Counted from the whole stretch's first letter, positions 35,363 through 47,990 are shown. The stretch is DNA of 63,720 nt, filler included, from Octopus bimaculoides (GCF_001194135.2; 6 parts of 4 records of this genome joined end to end with filler, not necessarily neighbours in it); one strand, 5' to 3'. A program made the numbers and translations. The notes: generated by a model from the letters alone, not told the origin.

Positions 35363-35803
35363 TGTTTCTGAGAACCAACTATCACACTTAGTTAAGTTCT
35401 ATTATTTAAGTTAACATTCTTAGATTATATAGAGTTCAGGCAGATAAAAGATGGAAAATCCTTTGCTTAGCCTGACCTAATTTAGTTAGAAAAAGTATAA
35501 ATACAGAACCCAACATTGGTTCTCCATCTTTGGTCCCTTAGCACCAAGCTGAAGAGCACATCTCTATTTTCTCCCTTCATTTATGATTTGTCTCTGTGTG
35601 ACTGCAACTTTCTCCCTCTCTACTTGTCAACATAGAGAAGTAATTTCTTTCACTCTTTCTGTCTCCTTTCATCAATTCTTCTAGCAGTCAACAAAAGATG
35701 AACTTAACTACTTGCAAAATGGATAACAGAACTGTAAATAATCTGTGTACAACAACTCAGTTGCGATAATGAAAATAAAGAGCCATTTTAACAACTAATA
35801 ACA
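35363..35803 (+). mobile_element. Possible solo LTR
   Basis: TGTT...AACA ends, TATAAATA at 35496-35503, AATAAA at 35774-35779; no clean short TSD. Confidence 0.4.
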
Positions 35804-37152
35804 TGTTTCTTCCTCTCGTTTATTTGCTACGTATAAATATCACAATTTTAGTAACATTGACATACAAATATGTGCATATAATTGTTACATGTATATATAT
35901 ATAAACGTACACATAAATATACATCTGTCAACCAGATCCATTCACAAGGCTTTTGTTGGCTTGAGGCTATAGTAGAAGACACTTGCACAATGTGCCATGC
36001 AGGGAATCTGAACCCAAAACTCTGTGGTTGGGAAGCCAACTTCTTAACCACACTGCCATTCCTGCATCTGTATACCTGCACTTATCAAGAGGAAACAAAA
36101 CACATTTTGGTCAGATTTATATGAAAGCATTTATTTAAAGTGATCACAGGGTGTCGGATTTGTAAGTGAAATCTTGCAGACTCGTAAGAGCTGGTGCCAC
36201 TTAAAATGCACTGGTTCCAGTGCTGCCTAAAAGCACCCAGTCACTCTGTAAAGTGATTGGTGTTAGGAAGGACATCCAGCTGTAGAAACCATGAGAAAAC
36301 AAACATGGAACCTGAACAGTCTTTCAGCTGCTTCACTTCTGTCAAACTGTCCAATCCATGCCAGCATAGAAAATGGACATTGAATGATGATGATGATGGT
36401 AAAGTCTATTGAAGAGTTGTAGCGTATAAATGTTATTTGATTTATGGATCAATCCTGGTGAAGTAAAAAGAAATCCACTCTGGTGGTATTGAACACAGAA
36501 CAAATAGATAAGAACTGAAACGTATTGCAATACATTTAATCAAACACTCTAGTTTTAACCAATACTCAATAATGACAAACCACTATTTTAGAGTAATAGG
36601 GTAAGGAAATTTTCTTTTCAGACTTACAGCATACATTGGCAGTAATTTAAACAGCAATGAAAGAAAATTGACAAGAATCTCTCCTAATTTACAGTTACAA
36701 TGAAGCACATTAACCAGTGTTAGTTCGATAAGCATCTGTCTTACTCAATTATAGCAAGTTTGCATGACTACTTTACATCAAAAATGTTTTATCTTGCTCT
36801 TATTTATGATTTATCATCTATTTTTTGCATGTTAGGACATATGGGAAGGATCATTATAAGTAAGAAATTTTGAATATTGTCATACTATAGAACAGGAAAT
36901 TTTTAAAGATAAGAGTCTCTTTTTAAAATGGATCACTCTACTCTATTTATCTGTGAAGTAGATGTGGAACTTATTATCAATCAAGAAAACTGTATTTTGC
37001 CCAGCAACATAACAAGTGCATGATAGCCAAAATTCGTTCTTTTGTTGCTCTTTTTTGTTCAATACATATGTTAGCCTGCACATTACAAATAGTCTAATTT
37101 CTAATTATAAATAGTCTAATTACAAATAGTCTAATTTCTAATTTATAAAATA

Positions 37153-38064
37153 CAGGGTGTTCATCAAGTCTCTTTATAATTTCAATATCAGATTTATTTT
37201 ATTGACTCAGTGATTATCAAAGATTTTAACTACTTTACATTTGTGTTTTTCAGGTACCTTGTTGATAGAAAAGGTTCAGTTAAATGAAACCCTAAAAAAA
37301 GTGGCTACTCATCCAGAAAAGGCACAATGTGTATCAGGGTTTATTAAAAACAAAATCGGACATGCAGTCTCAGGGAAACTACAGGATTAAGTATGGAAGA
37401 CATCCACTGTCACATCCATCAATTTGTGCATGGCACAAGGAATTTATGTAAATACGAACAGTGTTGCATAAAGTGAGGACTGCACGACCAAAATTATGTG
37501 AGGAAAACATCGATCATGTAAGACAAGCCTTTGGTAGTTTTCCTACAAAGTTCATATGTACTGCTGCCAAGCAGTTACAGCTACCACAGTCAACGGTGCA
37601 TAAAGTCCTACATAAGAACTTGTGATTGTAAGCTTACAAAGTGCAACTCTTACAGGCACACAAACCAAATGATAAACCAAAACGAAAAGAGTTTGCAGTT
37701 AACATGCTGGAACAAATTTCTGACAATGCAGCGACTGGGGAACTTCACTGAGATAGTCCAAAGGGGAATGTCTGGTGTGGAATGATAAGCAATTCAATCA
37801 TTGGTCCATTTTTCTTCACAGAGAGATCAATTTCTGCAAATGACCTTTTGACTGAATATGTAGCACCACAACTGGATGACCTTCAACCAACTATTGTTTT
37901 CCAGCAGGATAGTGCACCACTACATTGAGGACAGCATGTTCATGGCTTCCTAAATCAAACATTTCCAGACCAGTGGATTGGATGGGATGGCCCAATTCCC
38001 TGGCCACCTCGTTGCCCGGATATCACTCTCCTGGACTCTACGGAGTTATGTTAAAGACATAGTC
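37153..38064 (+). mobile_element. Tc1/mariner transposon remnant, 3' part replaced by a LINE
   Basis: TA-CAGGGTG start; frameshifted transposase: KAQCV, STVHKVLHKNL, DSPKGNVWCG..IIGPFFF, IVFQQDSAP.H, WIGWDGPIPWPPRCPDITLLD..GYVKDIV. Confidence 0.85.
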
Positions 38065-38399
38065 ATCACCTCGGTGAGGCCCAATGTACGAAGGTCTTGC
38101 CTCACCACCTCAGCCCAGGTCTTCCTGGGCCTACCTCTTCCACGGGTTCCCTCAACTGTTAGGGTGTGGCACTTTTTCACGCAGCTATCCTCATCCATTC
38201 TCACCACATGTCCATACCGGCGCAATCGTCTCTCTTGCACACCACAACTGATGCTTCTAATGTTCAGCTTTTCTCTCAAGATACTTACACTCTGACGGGT
38301 ATTCACATTGACATTACACATCCAACGGAGCATACTGGCTTCATTCCTTGCGAGCTTACGCATGTCCTCAGCAGTTACAGCCCATGTTTCACTGCCATG
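38061..38399 (-). mobile_element. RTE LINE ORF C-terminal fragment
   Basis: RNEASMLRWMCNV..QERRLRRYGHVVRMDEDSCVKKC..GRGRPRKTWAEVV. Confidence 0.9.
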
Positions 38400-38499
38400 N
38401 NNNNNNNNNNNNNNNNNNNNNNNNNNNNNNNNNNNNNNNNNNNTTAATTAATTAANNNNNNNNNNNNNNNNNNNNNNNNNNNNNNNNNNNNNNNNNNNN

Positions 38500-38567
<68 letters not shown>

Positions 38568-38569
<2 letters not shown>

Positions 38570-39190
38570 GCAAAGTAGCTAGTTAGAAAATCTCTATAAG
38601 AGATAAAAGTAGTAACTATACAGAGAAGTAATGTTTATCGCCACATCAATATGACTTTTCAACGGTACTACCATTTTAACCCCAGACAGATCTTCCGCTA
38701 GTTGGTTACCGGTGCAACCTGCACCCTGTATATATTGCAAGCAGCGAAGCGAACACCTACTATCTTCTAGCAGACGACGAGAACACGAGACCGAACGTTT
38801 TCGGGCTACTTCTGTTCATCTACGGTCATGAACACCCGACCGCTAGAAGTAACAGGAATTCGCTCCAGCTCGCAGTATATAGAAGACTAAGCGACCATGA
38901 ATTGCTGATCTTGCAACAGGCAAAGTAGCTAGTTAGAAAATCTCTATAAGAGATGAGAGTAGTAACTATACTAAGAAATAATGTTTACCGCCACATCAAG
39001 ATGGGCACAAGAAGCCCGAAACCGTTCGGCATTGTGATCCCGTCGTCTGTTAAAAGATGGTAGGGGTTCGCTGTCCTGCTTGCAATATATACAGGATGCA
39101 GGTTGCATCGGTAACCAGCTGGCGGATGATCCGCCTGGGGTTAAAATGGTAGTAACGACGAACAGCCATCTCGATGTGGGATAAGCATCA
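38568..39190. repeat. Combined direct and inverted repeat structure, PLE pseudo-LTR-like
   Basis: About 80-bp direct repeat (38568-38650 and 38920-39000); about 190-bp inverted repeat (38630-38820 and 39000-39190); degenerate HHR-like GGGC..GCCC GAAAC at 39003-39022. Confidence 0.75.
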
Positions 39191-39661
39191 TCTTCGAAAC
39201 GCCGGTGTTAAAACGGGGGTAGCTGATGAAGGAAAATGTTCTCTATGTGGCTTGTGTGTTTTCTGTACTCTGGTTATTATTATTTTCTTGTCTACGTTTT
39301 GTTTGCAATGTTCTGTACCCAGATATGCACCTATATATACAGGTGGACGTAGGTATGCACATGCCTGTACGTATATATGCATATACTCATTTATTATTTG
39401 TTTATATNNNNNNNNNNNNNNNNNNNNNNNNNNNNNNNNNNNNNNNNNNNNNNNNNNNNNNNNNNNNNNNNNNNNNNNNNNNNNNNNNNNNNNNNNNNNN
39501 NNNNNNNNNNNNNNNNNNNNNNNNNNNNNNNNNNNNNNNNNNNNNNNNNNNNNNNNNNNNNNNNNNNNNNNNNNNNNNNNNNNNNNNNNNNNNNNNNNNN
39601 NNNNNNNNNNNNNNNNNNNNNNNNNNNNNNNNNNNNNNNNNNNNNNNNNNNATATATATAT

Positions 39662-42285
39662 TCGCGTTATGACTTTTTCATAACCAAATAACGCTATACT
39701 GTAATTCGATGAACAATTTCATAAAAGTCAGGAAAGTAACATTTATTTTGCTTTATTTGAAAAAACGTCGCACATAACTTAAGAAACCGATCACTACTTT
39801 TGACCCAAATCATGTAAAATTCTAGTGGGGTTCATAACGCCTGCTCAAGTTTTTACCAAACTTGGTGTGCTGACTCAATGCAATGCAGAAATAGTACATC
39901 TGAAATTTAAGCTTCTGGTTGAAGTAGTTTCCGAGTTATGGGCTTTTAAAACTATAAACACTAGGTGGCACTAGATTCATACTTCAGTATTTCCGCTTTC
40001 TAAATCCTTGTAATAGCAAAAGAGATGTGGAATAAAAGTGTATTTATACATTTTTAAGAATACTGAATTGTAATTGCTCAATGCAAAGATTCAAAACTAG
40101 GCTATCTTAAGACAGAGGCCACTACAAGCATTTGATAACATACAAAATTAAAAACAATTCATATTTTTAACTTTGTAGGTTTAATTCCAATTTTAAATAA
40201 CTGTATACGAAAAAAGGTGCTGAATGTTAGCAAATTTTTAAGCATATCAGAGAATTAATATGTTTTGTTAGATAAAATGAATGGAAGCTGAAGTTTCTCC
40301 TTCTTTTTGCAAATATCATAAAGATCTTGAAGGCACTTGATTACCTGCTCTGCACTCTAATTTGTTCTGGGAATTCCCAGTTTTGATGGTTCTCGACTCC
40401 AAAGGTTTTTTTGCAGAGTTCAATGCTTTTTTATGAACTTGCAGGCTGCCACATAACTTCTGATAATCATGTGCATGGAACATTTAGTCAGTAAACCAAA
40501 GAAACGAAAAAGTCTGGTCGTATGAAATAGAAATTTCATGTCATCTCACCATCCTGCTGATTCAGCAATGTCTTCTTCACCATTGTTGAAATTAACCTGG
40601 AGTTTCTCGTAATTACTTAGAAGCTCTGGGATGAATGTATATTCAATTTTGGAAGATGATTTTTTTTTTCTCCAAGTTCGTTTTCCATCACAATACGAAG
40701 AACTCTATCAAGGATATGATGCTGACAACCAATAAATTGCAGTTTTTTCAAGCCCTTTTGAGCAAACAGTTTTTGCAACTGAATGACAATGCCATTTCTT
40801 TTCCCAGTGCTCACACTCGTTGTATCAGCGACAGTCATATTTACACAGTTCTATAAATTGTATTAATCTAACAGAGTTGTTATTCCATTCACAACAGCAT
40901 CAGCTTTTCCTTTTGGTAATTGGAGTGCTTCTAACTTAACTTCTCTGTTCATTCTTTAAAACTAACACTTGGTATTTTTGGTCATCAATACGTTTACCAT
41001 CAAAATGCAATGACCAGTTTTCTAAACCTAGTGTTTTCTTCATTTCCTTATGTAGTTTAACAGCTTCTTTGATAGTCGATCTGTAAAATACCAGATTGGG
41101 AAGGAGTCTCGACATTGACCCCATCTTGAGATAATTGTCGACAAACTGTTACTGCTTTTTGGGTTGATAGCTTGGAAGATATTACTAACTTGGTTGCAGT
41201 TACAGTTTTGCTGTACTTCCTCCTTGTTTGCGTGGTTTCTTCATCTGATTTTTCAGACTCTTGATATTCACTTTCAGTCTCTGCTTCAGATGTTGACGAT
41301 GACACTGGAGTTGCTCTGGTTGAAGTTGGCATTAAGGACACTTTTTTTCTTTTGGATGGATGGACAGATTTTTAAGTGGCTGTCTTTTCAGTTCCATATC
41401 CAGCTTATCCCTGGCTTTCAATTTGAAGATAATATAACCTTCTATCCTCACTGCACAGCCATTCACCGTTTTCCTTTGTGATGTCAAAAAATCCTTTCAA
41501 TAAATCGTATCCTCCTCGTTTTACACATTTATCGTAGGTATTCAGCACTTTTTCTACTTTTGCTTGTACATTTTGAATTGATAAATATGAGAAATTTAAT
41601 TTCTTTTGCCATAAAAGATTTACTTCTTTCGAAATTTCCTTTGTTCTTTCTTTCCTTCCTTTGATGGTACCTCCAAGGAACAGGTAACGACCGACAATTT
41701 GAAGTTTCGTTGGTATCCTGCAGTTGTTTTCCAAAGAATGCTCTTCAAGAGGAACAGGTCTTCTTTTCTTATATGAGTCTTGAAATTGCACGAGATTCAT
41801 CGTCCAGATTCTGGGGGTTTCTTTTAGTGAAACAACCACTACTATTATGAGACATTATTTTAGATACTCTAGTTGGATAAGCCTACTATTCTGAAAAACA
41901 GTTAATATAGTCAGAGGTTTTAGTGTCACAGAAATAAAAAGAAAAGGAAGAGGATTTTCCTAAAGTGGGGCCTAAATGGTATCAAATTAAAAACTCTATA
42001 ACTCCTAAACTACTTAAACTTGAAAGCTGAAATTTGACATATACTGTTTCTGCATTGCATTAAGTCAGCGCATCAAGTTTGGTAAAAACTTGAGTAGGCA
42101 TTATGAACCCGCCTAGAATTTTGCAGGATTTGGGTCAAAAGTGGTGTTAGATTTCTTCAGTTGGGGGTGATGTTTTTTTAAAAGCCTTTAATATAAAGTT
42201 TATTTTCTCTATTTATATAAAATTGTTCATCGACTTTTAGTACAGTAAATTGTTTACTTTAAAAAAATCAAAATTCATAACCCTA
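39662..42285 (-). mobile_element. hAT-superfamily transposon (hATm-like), about 2.6 kb, decayed, long imperfect TIRs
   Basis: Right end CATAACCCTA (TAGGG terminus); about 300-bp imperfect inverted arms; near 8-bp TSD ATATATAT/AGATATAT; transposase motifs WSLHFDGK, VADTTSVSTG, FIGCQHHILD (CxxH). Confidence 0.8.
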
Positions 42286-42881
42286 AGATATATATGTATA
42301 TATATAGATATAGTAGTTTGCTTACCAACCACATGGTTCCGGGTTCAGTCCCATTGCGTGGCACCTTGGGCAAAGGTCTTCTACTATAGCCTCGGGCCGA
42401 CCAAAGCCTTGTGAGTGGATTTGGTGGACGGGAACTGAAAGAATCCTGTCATATATATGTATGTATGTGTGTGTGCATGTGTGTGTGTGCGTGTATGTAT
42501 GTGTTTGTCCCCCAACATCACTTGACAACCGATGTTGGTGTGTTTATGTCCCTGTATCTTAGCGGTTCGGCAAAAGAAACCGATAGGATAAGTACTAGGC
42601 TTACAAAGAATAAGTCATGGGGCCTATTTTTTCGACTAAAGGCGGTGCTCCCGCATAGCCGCAGTCAAATGGCTGAAACAAATAAAAGAATAAAAGAATA
42701 TATATATATATANNNNNNNNNNNNNNNNNNNNNNNNNNNNNNNNNNNNNNNNNNNNTTAATTAATTAANNNNNNNNNNNNNNNNNNNNNNNNNNNNNNNN
42801 NNNNNNNNNNNNGATGATGATGATGATGATGATGATATATAAATATATATATATAAATATATGCACACACACATATCTATG

Positions 42882-42919
<38 letters not shown>

Positions 42920-42920
<1 letters not shown>

Positions 42921-43520
42921 CAGGCCAATTCCCCATTTTTTTTTAGGAGTGGGTGGCCACAACAAGACACACACCAAGCATTCCATTCATTTCCCAGCTC
43001 AAAGAGGTGAGCCCCATTCTATGTTTAGTCAAGGCATAGAACGCAACCCCCAATATCATCAACAGGGCCCGACTGCATATGCTGGTTTACCCCCACCACA
43101 TCATGCTGGTTCCATACCCCTTTGATAACATCAAAATTCACTCATCCGTCCACAAACACTCTCCAAGCTTTCCTATCATTTATAAACTCTTTTGCCTCTC
43201 TCATCTCTAACCACCAAAGCTTTCCTCACTCCATCCATCCATCCACACGAACGTCTGCCTCTGGTTCTGCTGCCTACAACTTCTGCCTTCATCACCCTCC
43301 TTACCATCCGCTCCTCATCCATCCTCTCCATATGGCCAAACCACCTCAACATTCGTCTATCCAACTTGGTTGTTAATTTTTCTCTCATTCCTACTTGCTT
43401 TCACACCTCTTCATTCCTCATCCCATCCATCCGTATCACACCAACCATAGCCCTCAAACATCTCATCTCAAACACATCTGGTCACCTCCTTTCCACTTTT
43501 CTCAGCCCCCATGTCTTTGC
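42920..43520 (-). mobile_element. RTE LINE 3' end (second RTE family)
   Basis: LRWFGHMERMDEERMVRRVMKAEVVGSRTRGRR..WMDGV, followed by 3' UTR and (AT)n. Confidence 0.85.
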
Positions 43521-43692
43521 ACCATATGACACTGTCTCAAATGGTACTCATTTTATTGATCCCAAAAGCAAGGATGGGAAAGTTGACCTTGGTGTAATTT
43601 GAACACAGAATAAAAGGACAGACAAAATGGCACTAATCATTTTACTTGACGTGCTAATGGTTCTTACAGCTCCCCACCTGGTCTAATATTAC

Positions 43693-43935
43693 CTCATGGC
43701 TCTTGGGTGTCTTGAGTTTTACCAAAATTCCCTCTGTTGCAAATATTCAGATCCAGATCTTCAGTCTCCAGTCTCTCCAATCTGAGAATAACATGATATA
43801 CCAATTATGTTGCATTCTACTGCTGCAACCTATGAGCTATTGTTCCTTGCTCCCTTTCCTACCCTACCCTACATACATCATTCTCAGAGAACCCTGTAAT
43901 GATCATGAACATTGCTTTTTGCTATTCTGACTCAG
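43693..43935 (-). other. Two candidate spliced exons (43877-43935 and 43693-43781), apparently non-coding
   Basis: Acceptors TTTTCTACAG| and GTTATTCTCAG|; donors |GTATGT and |GTAATA; 95-bp intron; stops in all frames; the second exon ends ..CCATGAG|. Confidence 0.35.
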
Positions 43936-46021
43936 CTGTAGAAAATTTTTTAAAAAATCTAATCTCTATAGTGGTTATGACATATATCACATTGTCATGT
44001 AATGAGGTCACTGCTGCAGTTTCTATACACTGCATTACAGATTTTTTCCTATGTCTAGCTTAGACAAAATTTACTTTATGTCGAAGCAATCTCATACTCT
44101 TCCTTTTGTGTCTTTTTATCGTTAGTTTTCATTTCTTCATATTCTTTTATTCTTTTATTCTTTTACTTGTTTCAGCCATTTATTTGATTGCAGCCATGTT
44201 GTGGTACCACCTTGAACGGTTTTAGATGAACAATTTGACCCCACAAAAGTTTTTAAGCCAAATGCTTATTCTGTCTCTTTTGCTGAACTGCTAAGTTACA
44301 GGAACATAAACACACCAACACCAGTCGTCAAGCAGTGGTGGGGAAACAAACAGACACAAAGACATGAACACACACACACACACACACACATGCACACATA
44401 TATACAATGGACTTCATTCAGTGTGTGTGTGTGTGTTTATTACTGGCATAATGAACCTATAAAAATTCAACAGAAAGGATATTAATCTGCATCTAGTCTT
44501 CTCAGTACATTACCGAGTTTTTCTAGAATTGTCCTACATTTTCATCATCATTCGCTTGAGTGACTTATCCAAACTAATGCATTCTTTCCACACCAGCAAA
44601 CCCGATTGAATGATGTGGCATGAACGTCTAGCTTGCATTTTAATCACATTGGTCTTTCTCTTAGTGAAATACTGCATCTGTGCACGTAATGACTACAGGT
44701 GAAAGTAGTAGTCTGCTAAATGAACTGGTTGATCCTGGCCATTGATAGCTTGTTGTCTGTTCATCCATTCAGTATCTAGGGATATTCACCATTGATTCAA
44801 TAGGAATCATTTGCTGAGATATTCAACATCCACCATGCTGCATTCCATTATTTCAACATGTAACCTTCTTTATAAAACACACACACACACACACGCACAC
44901 ACACACTCACACACATTCACACACACACTCACACACACGTGTGGACGTGCACACACATGCACATACACATACACATGCACATGCACACACACATATGCAA
45001 CATTCTTCTTTCAGTTTCTGTTTACCGAATGCACTCATGTGGCTTTGGTTAGCCCAAGGCTGTAGTAGGAGATACTTGGCCAAGGTGTTACGCGATGGGA
45101 TGGAACCTGAAACTATATGGCTGGGAAGCAAACTTCTTAGCACACAGCCACGCATGTGCCATTGTCAATAAAAAAGGAACAACTTTTGTGGAAGAACTTT
45201 AAAGAAATGACACTCTCTGTATGAATGGCAATCATTGTCATCGTTTAACGTCTACTTTCCATGCTGGCATGGGTTGGACGGTTTGACTGAGGACTGGCAA
45301 GCCAGAAGGCTGCACCAGGCTCCAATCTGATCTGGCAATGTTTCTACAGCTGGATGCCCTTCCTAATGCCAACCACTCTGAGAGTGTAGTGGGGGATTTT
45401 TTCATGTCACCAGCACGAGGGCCAGTCAGGCGGTACTGGCATGGAACATTCATGAATGGTGCTTTTTATGTGCCACCAGCATGGGTGACAGTCAGGCGGC
45501 ACTGGCAATGACCACGCCTAAATGGTACTTTTTACATGTCACTGAACAGGAGCCAGTCAGGTGGCACTGGCAATGATGACGCACAAATGGTGCTTTTTAC
45601 ATGCCACTGGCACGGGAGTCAGTCAGACAACACTATTTAATAATCAAAAAGCTCAGACATGTTTTGTGCAGGTTTGCAAACAAATAACATCATTTATATG
45701 AATGACAATGATTTGTTTACAGTCATCATGTACATGTCAAGACAATGGGAATTTACACTTGGTTACACACTTATACACAACCATTTCTATATGTATCTAT
45801 GCATTGGGTTCAGTCCCACTGTGTGGCACCTTGCGCAAATGACTTTTATTTTATCCTTGGGCCAACAAAAGCCTTGTTAGTAGATTGACTGACAGTAACT
45901 GAAAGAAGCCTGTTGCGTGTGTGTGTGTGTGTTTGTGTGTATGAATGTCTGTGTGTGCATGTATGTATTTGTATATACATATATATATATGTGCGTGTGT
46001 GTGTGTGCATGTATGTATATG

Positions 46022-46064
<43 letters not shown>

Positions 46065-46236
46065 AAGAAAGTTAGGGGTTGTGAATCTAACCCACTAAGG
46101 GATAATATCTATCCAATATACTGCCGGATGGATACCCAATTACGTGTTTGTATATTGTTTGTATTGTCCTGTCCTCTTAGTTGAAAAATAAACAGGTAAA
46201 TTGACATAATACATAATTGACATAATATATACTCCA

Positions 46237-46279
<43 letters not shown>

Positions 46280-46349
46280 AGAGTAAGCACATAAATGTGA
46301 AACAAGGGGGGGAAAAAGAGTACTCAAATACCAGAGGTAGAGTAATATG

Positions 46350-46505
46350 CTATATTTAAAAGCAGCAGAAATATAAGAAAAGCTGTTACTCAGAGTTTTG
46401 TTTTCCCATTCGTTAGATAGTTTTGTTAAAATGTCTGACAAACAGGAACGTGAAACTCTGAGTAACAGCTTTTGTTATATTTCTGCTGCTTTTAAATAAA
46501 GTATA
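46350..46505. repeat. Inverted repeat enclosing two decayed hammerhead-like cores (third family)
   Basis: About 46-bp arms with 1 mismatch; ATGT CTGACAA ACAGGAACGT GAAAC TCTGA GTA ACAG at 46431-46468. Confidence 0.65.
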
Positions 46506-46907
46506 CATACATACATACATACTTACATACATATAAATATATATATATATATGTATATCTCGTATGTATATCTTTGTATATATGTGTGCATGTCTGTGTG
46601 TCTGTGTTCTCAACCACACGCTTGACAACTGCTGTTAGTGTATTTACGTTCTTGTAACTATGTGACTAAGTGGTCTGGCAAAAGCGACTGATAGAATAAG
46701 CACCGGGCTTAAAAAATAAAATAAAGTACTGGTGTCAATTCATTCAACTAAAATTCTCCAAGATGGTGCCCCAGCATAGCCACTGTCTAATGACTGGAAC
46801 AAATAAAAGATAAAAGATATATATATGTAAGGCCATGCCAGGATAGAAAATGGATGTTAAATGATCATGATGATTGAGGCCTTGATGTATAAATGAATGA
46901 GTGTTTG

Positions 46908-47124
46908 TACAAGAGGGTGATGAAAAATTCATGGTTTTAAGGGTATCGCGACTGGCCTGGCTGGAAACCCAACCTTGTGAGTTCTTTTACAGGGCTTAGA
47001 AAAACTGGAGGACTGCTGTGATAAGTGTGTGAATCTGACAGAGGAATATGTTGAATAAAATCATAAATGATCCTTTTGTATTTTCTTTTACCCAAAGCCA
47101 GGAACTTTTCAAACCCACTCTTGT
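46908..47124 (+). mobile_element. mariner-derived MITE
   Basis: TACAAGAGGGTGATGAAAAATTC / GGAACTTTTCAAACCCACTCTTG TIRs; retains FLQGLEKLEDCCDKCVNL..YVE*. Confidence 0.75.
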
Positions 47125-47129
47125 GTGTA

Positions 47130-47187
<58 letters not shown>

Positions 47188-47189
47188 TT

Positions 47190-47445
47190 AGGGATAAAAA
47201 TCCAAATTTATAGGTAAAAACTCAATTAAATTCAATTTATTAAATTGAATTTAATTGATTTTCACAGTATTAAATATAAATATATAGTTTTAGGGAAAAG
47301 AACCAAGGTTCATGAACTCATTGATAATGTATTATATTATACTTATTTATTGTACTTTTACTTATTAATTTTTCTATATGTGACAGTGGATTTTCATCGA
47401 TGAGTTCATGCACTTTGGTTCCTTTCCCTAAAACTATATATACCC
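47190..47445. repeat. AT-rich hairpin plus about 45-bp inverted repeat, PLE pseudo-LTR-like
   Basis: CAATTAAATTCAATT-TATT-AAATTGAATTTAATTG hairpin (47223-47257); arms 47280-47325 and 47397-47442. Confidence 0.6.
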
Positions 47446-47451
47446 ACCTTC

Positions 47452-47668
47452 AGAAAGGGTGCTGAGAAGTTTCTGGCTTTAAGGATATTGTGAAAGGCCT
47501 GTTTGGAGGCTCAACCTTCCAAGTTCTTTCACAGGGCTTAGAAAAACTGAAGGACTGCTGCAATAAGTGCGTAAATCTGAGAAGGGGAATATGTTAAATA
47601 AAATCATAACTGACCCACCTGTATTTTCTTTTTCTCAAAGCCAGGAACTTTTCAGCAACCTGTCATGT
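47452..47668 (+). mobile_element. Second copy of the mariner-derived MITE
   Basis: GGGTGCTGAGAAGTTTCTGGCTTT / AAAGCCAGGAACTTTTCAGCAACC TIRs; internal sequence homologous to 46908-47124. Confidence 0.75.
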
Positions 47669-47744
47669 GTAGACAAATGCATATGACAAGCTTCCAGTTT
47701 CCACCTGTCAAATTTTATTTACAAACTATTGTAGAGGACATTAT

Positions 47745-47990
47745 TTACATTATTTACATTTGACGGATATTTGTCCTCATCTTATTTCTTGTTAACACAA
47801 CGTTTCGGCTGATATACTCTCCAGCCTTCTTTAGGTGTCTTGGGGAAATTTCAAACCTGGGTTCTCATTCCTAAGGTATTCCCTAAGACACCTGATGAAG
47901 ACTTGAAGGGTATATCAGCTGAAACGTTGTGTTTACAACAAACAAGATGAGGACAAATATCCGTCAATTGTAAATAATGTAAATAATGTA
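47745..47990. mobile_element. Divergently oriented pair of the hammerhead pseudo-LTR unit, without tRNA head
   Basis: Minus copy 47745-47880 (core CTAAAGA); plus copy 47881-47990 (core CTGATGA at 47892-47898, stem II decayed); same family as 28576-28705. Confidence 0.85.

Noticed and set aside
46181-46195. 15-nt microexon TTGAAAAATAAACAG with good splice sites
   Set aside because: It lies in repeat-like sequence next to the PLE-type inverted repeat, and there is no gene context to support it.
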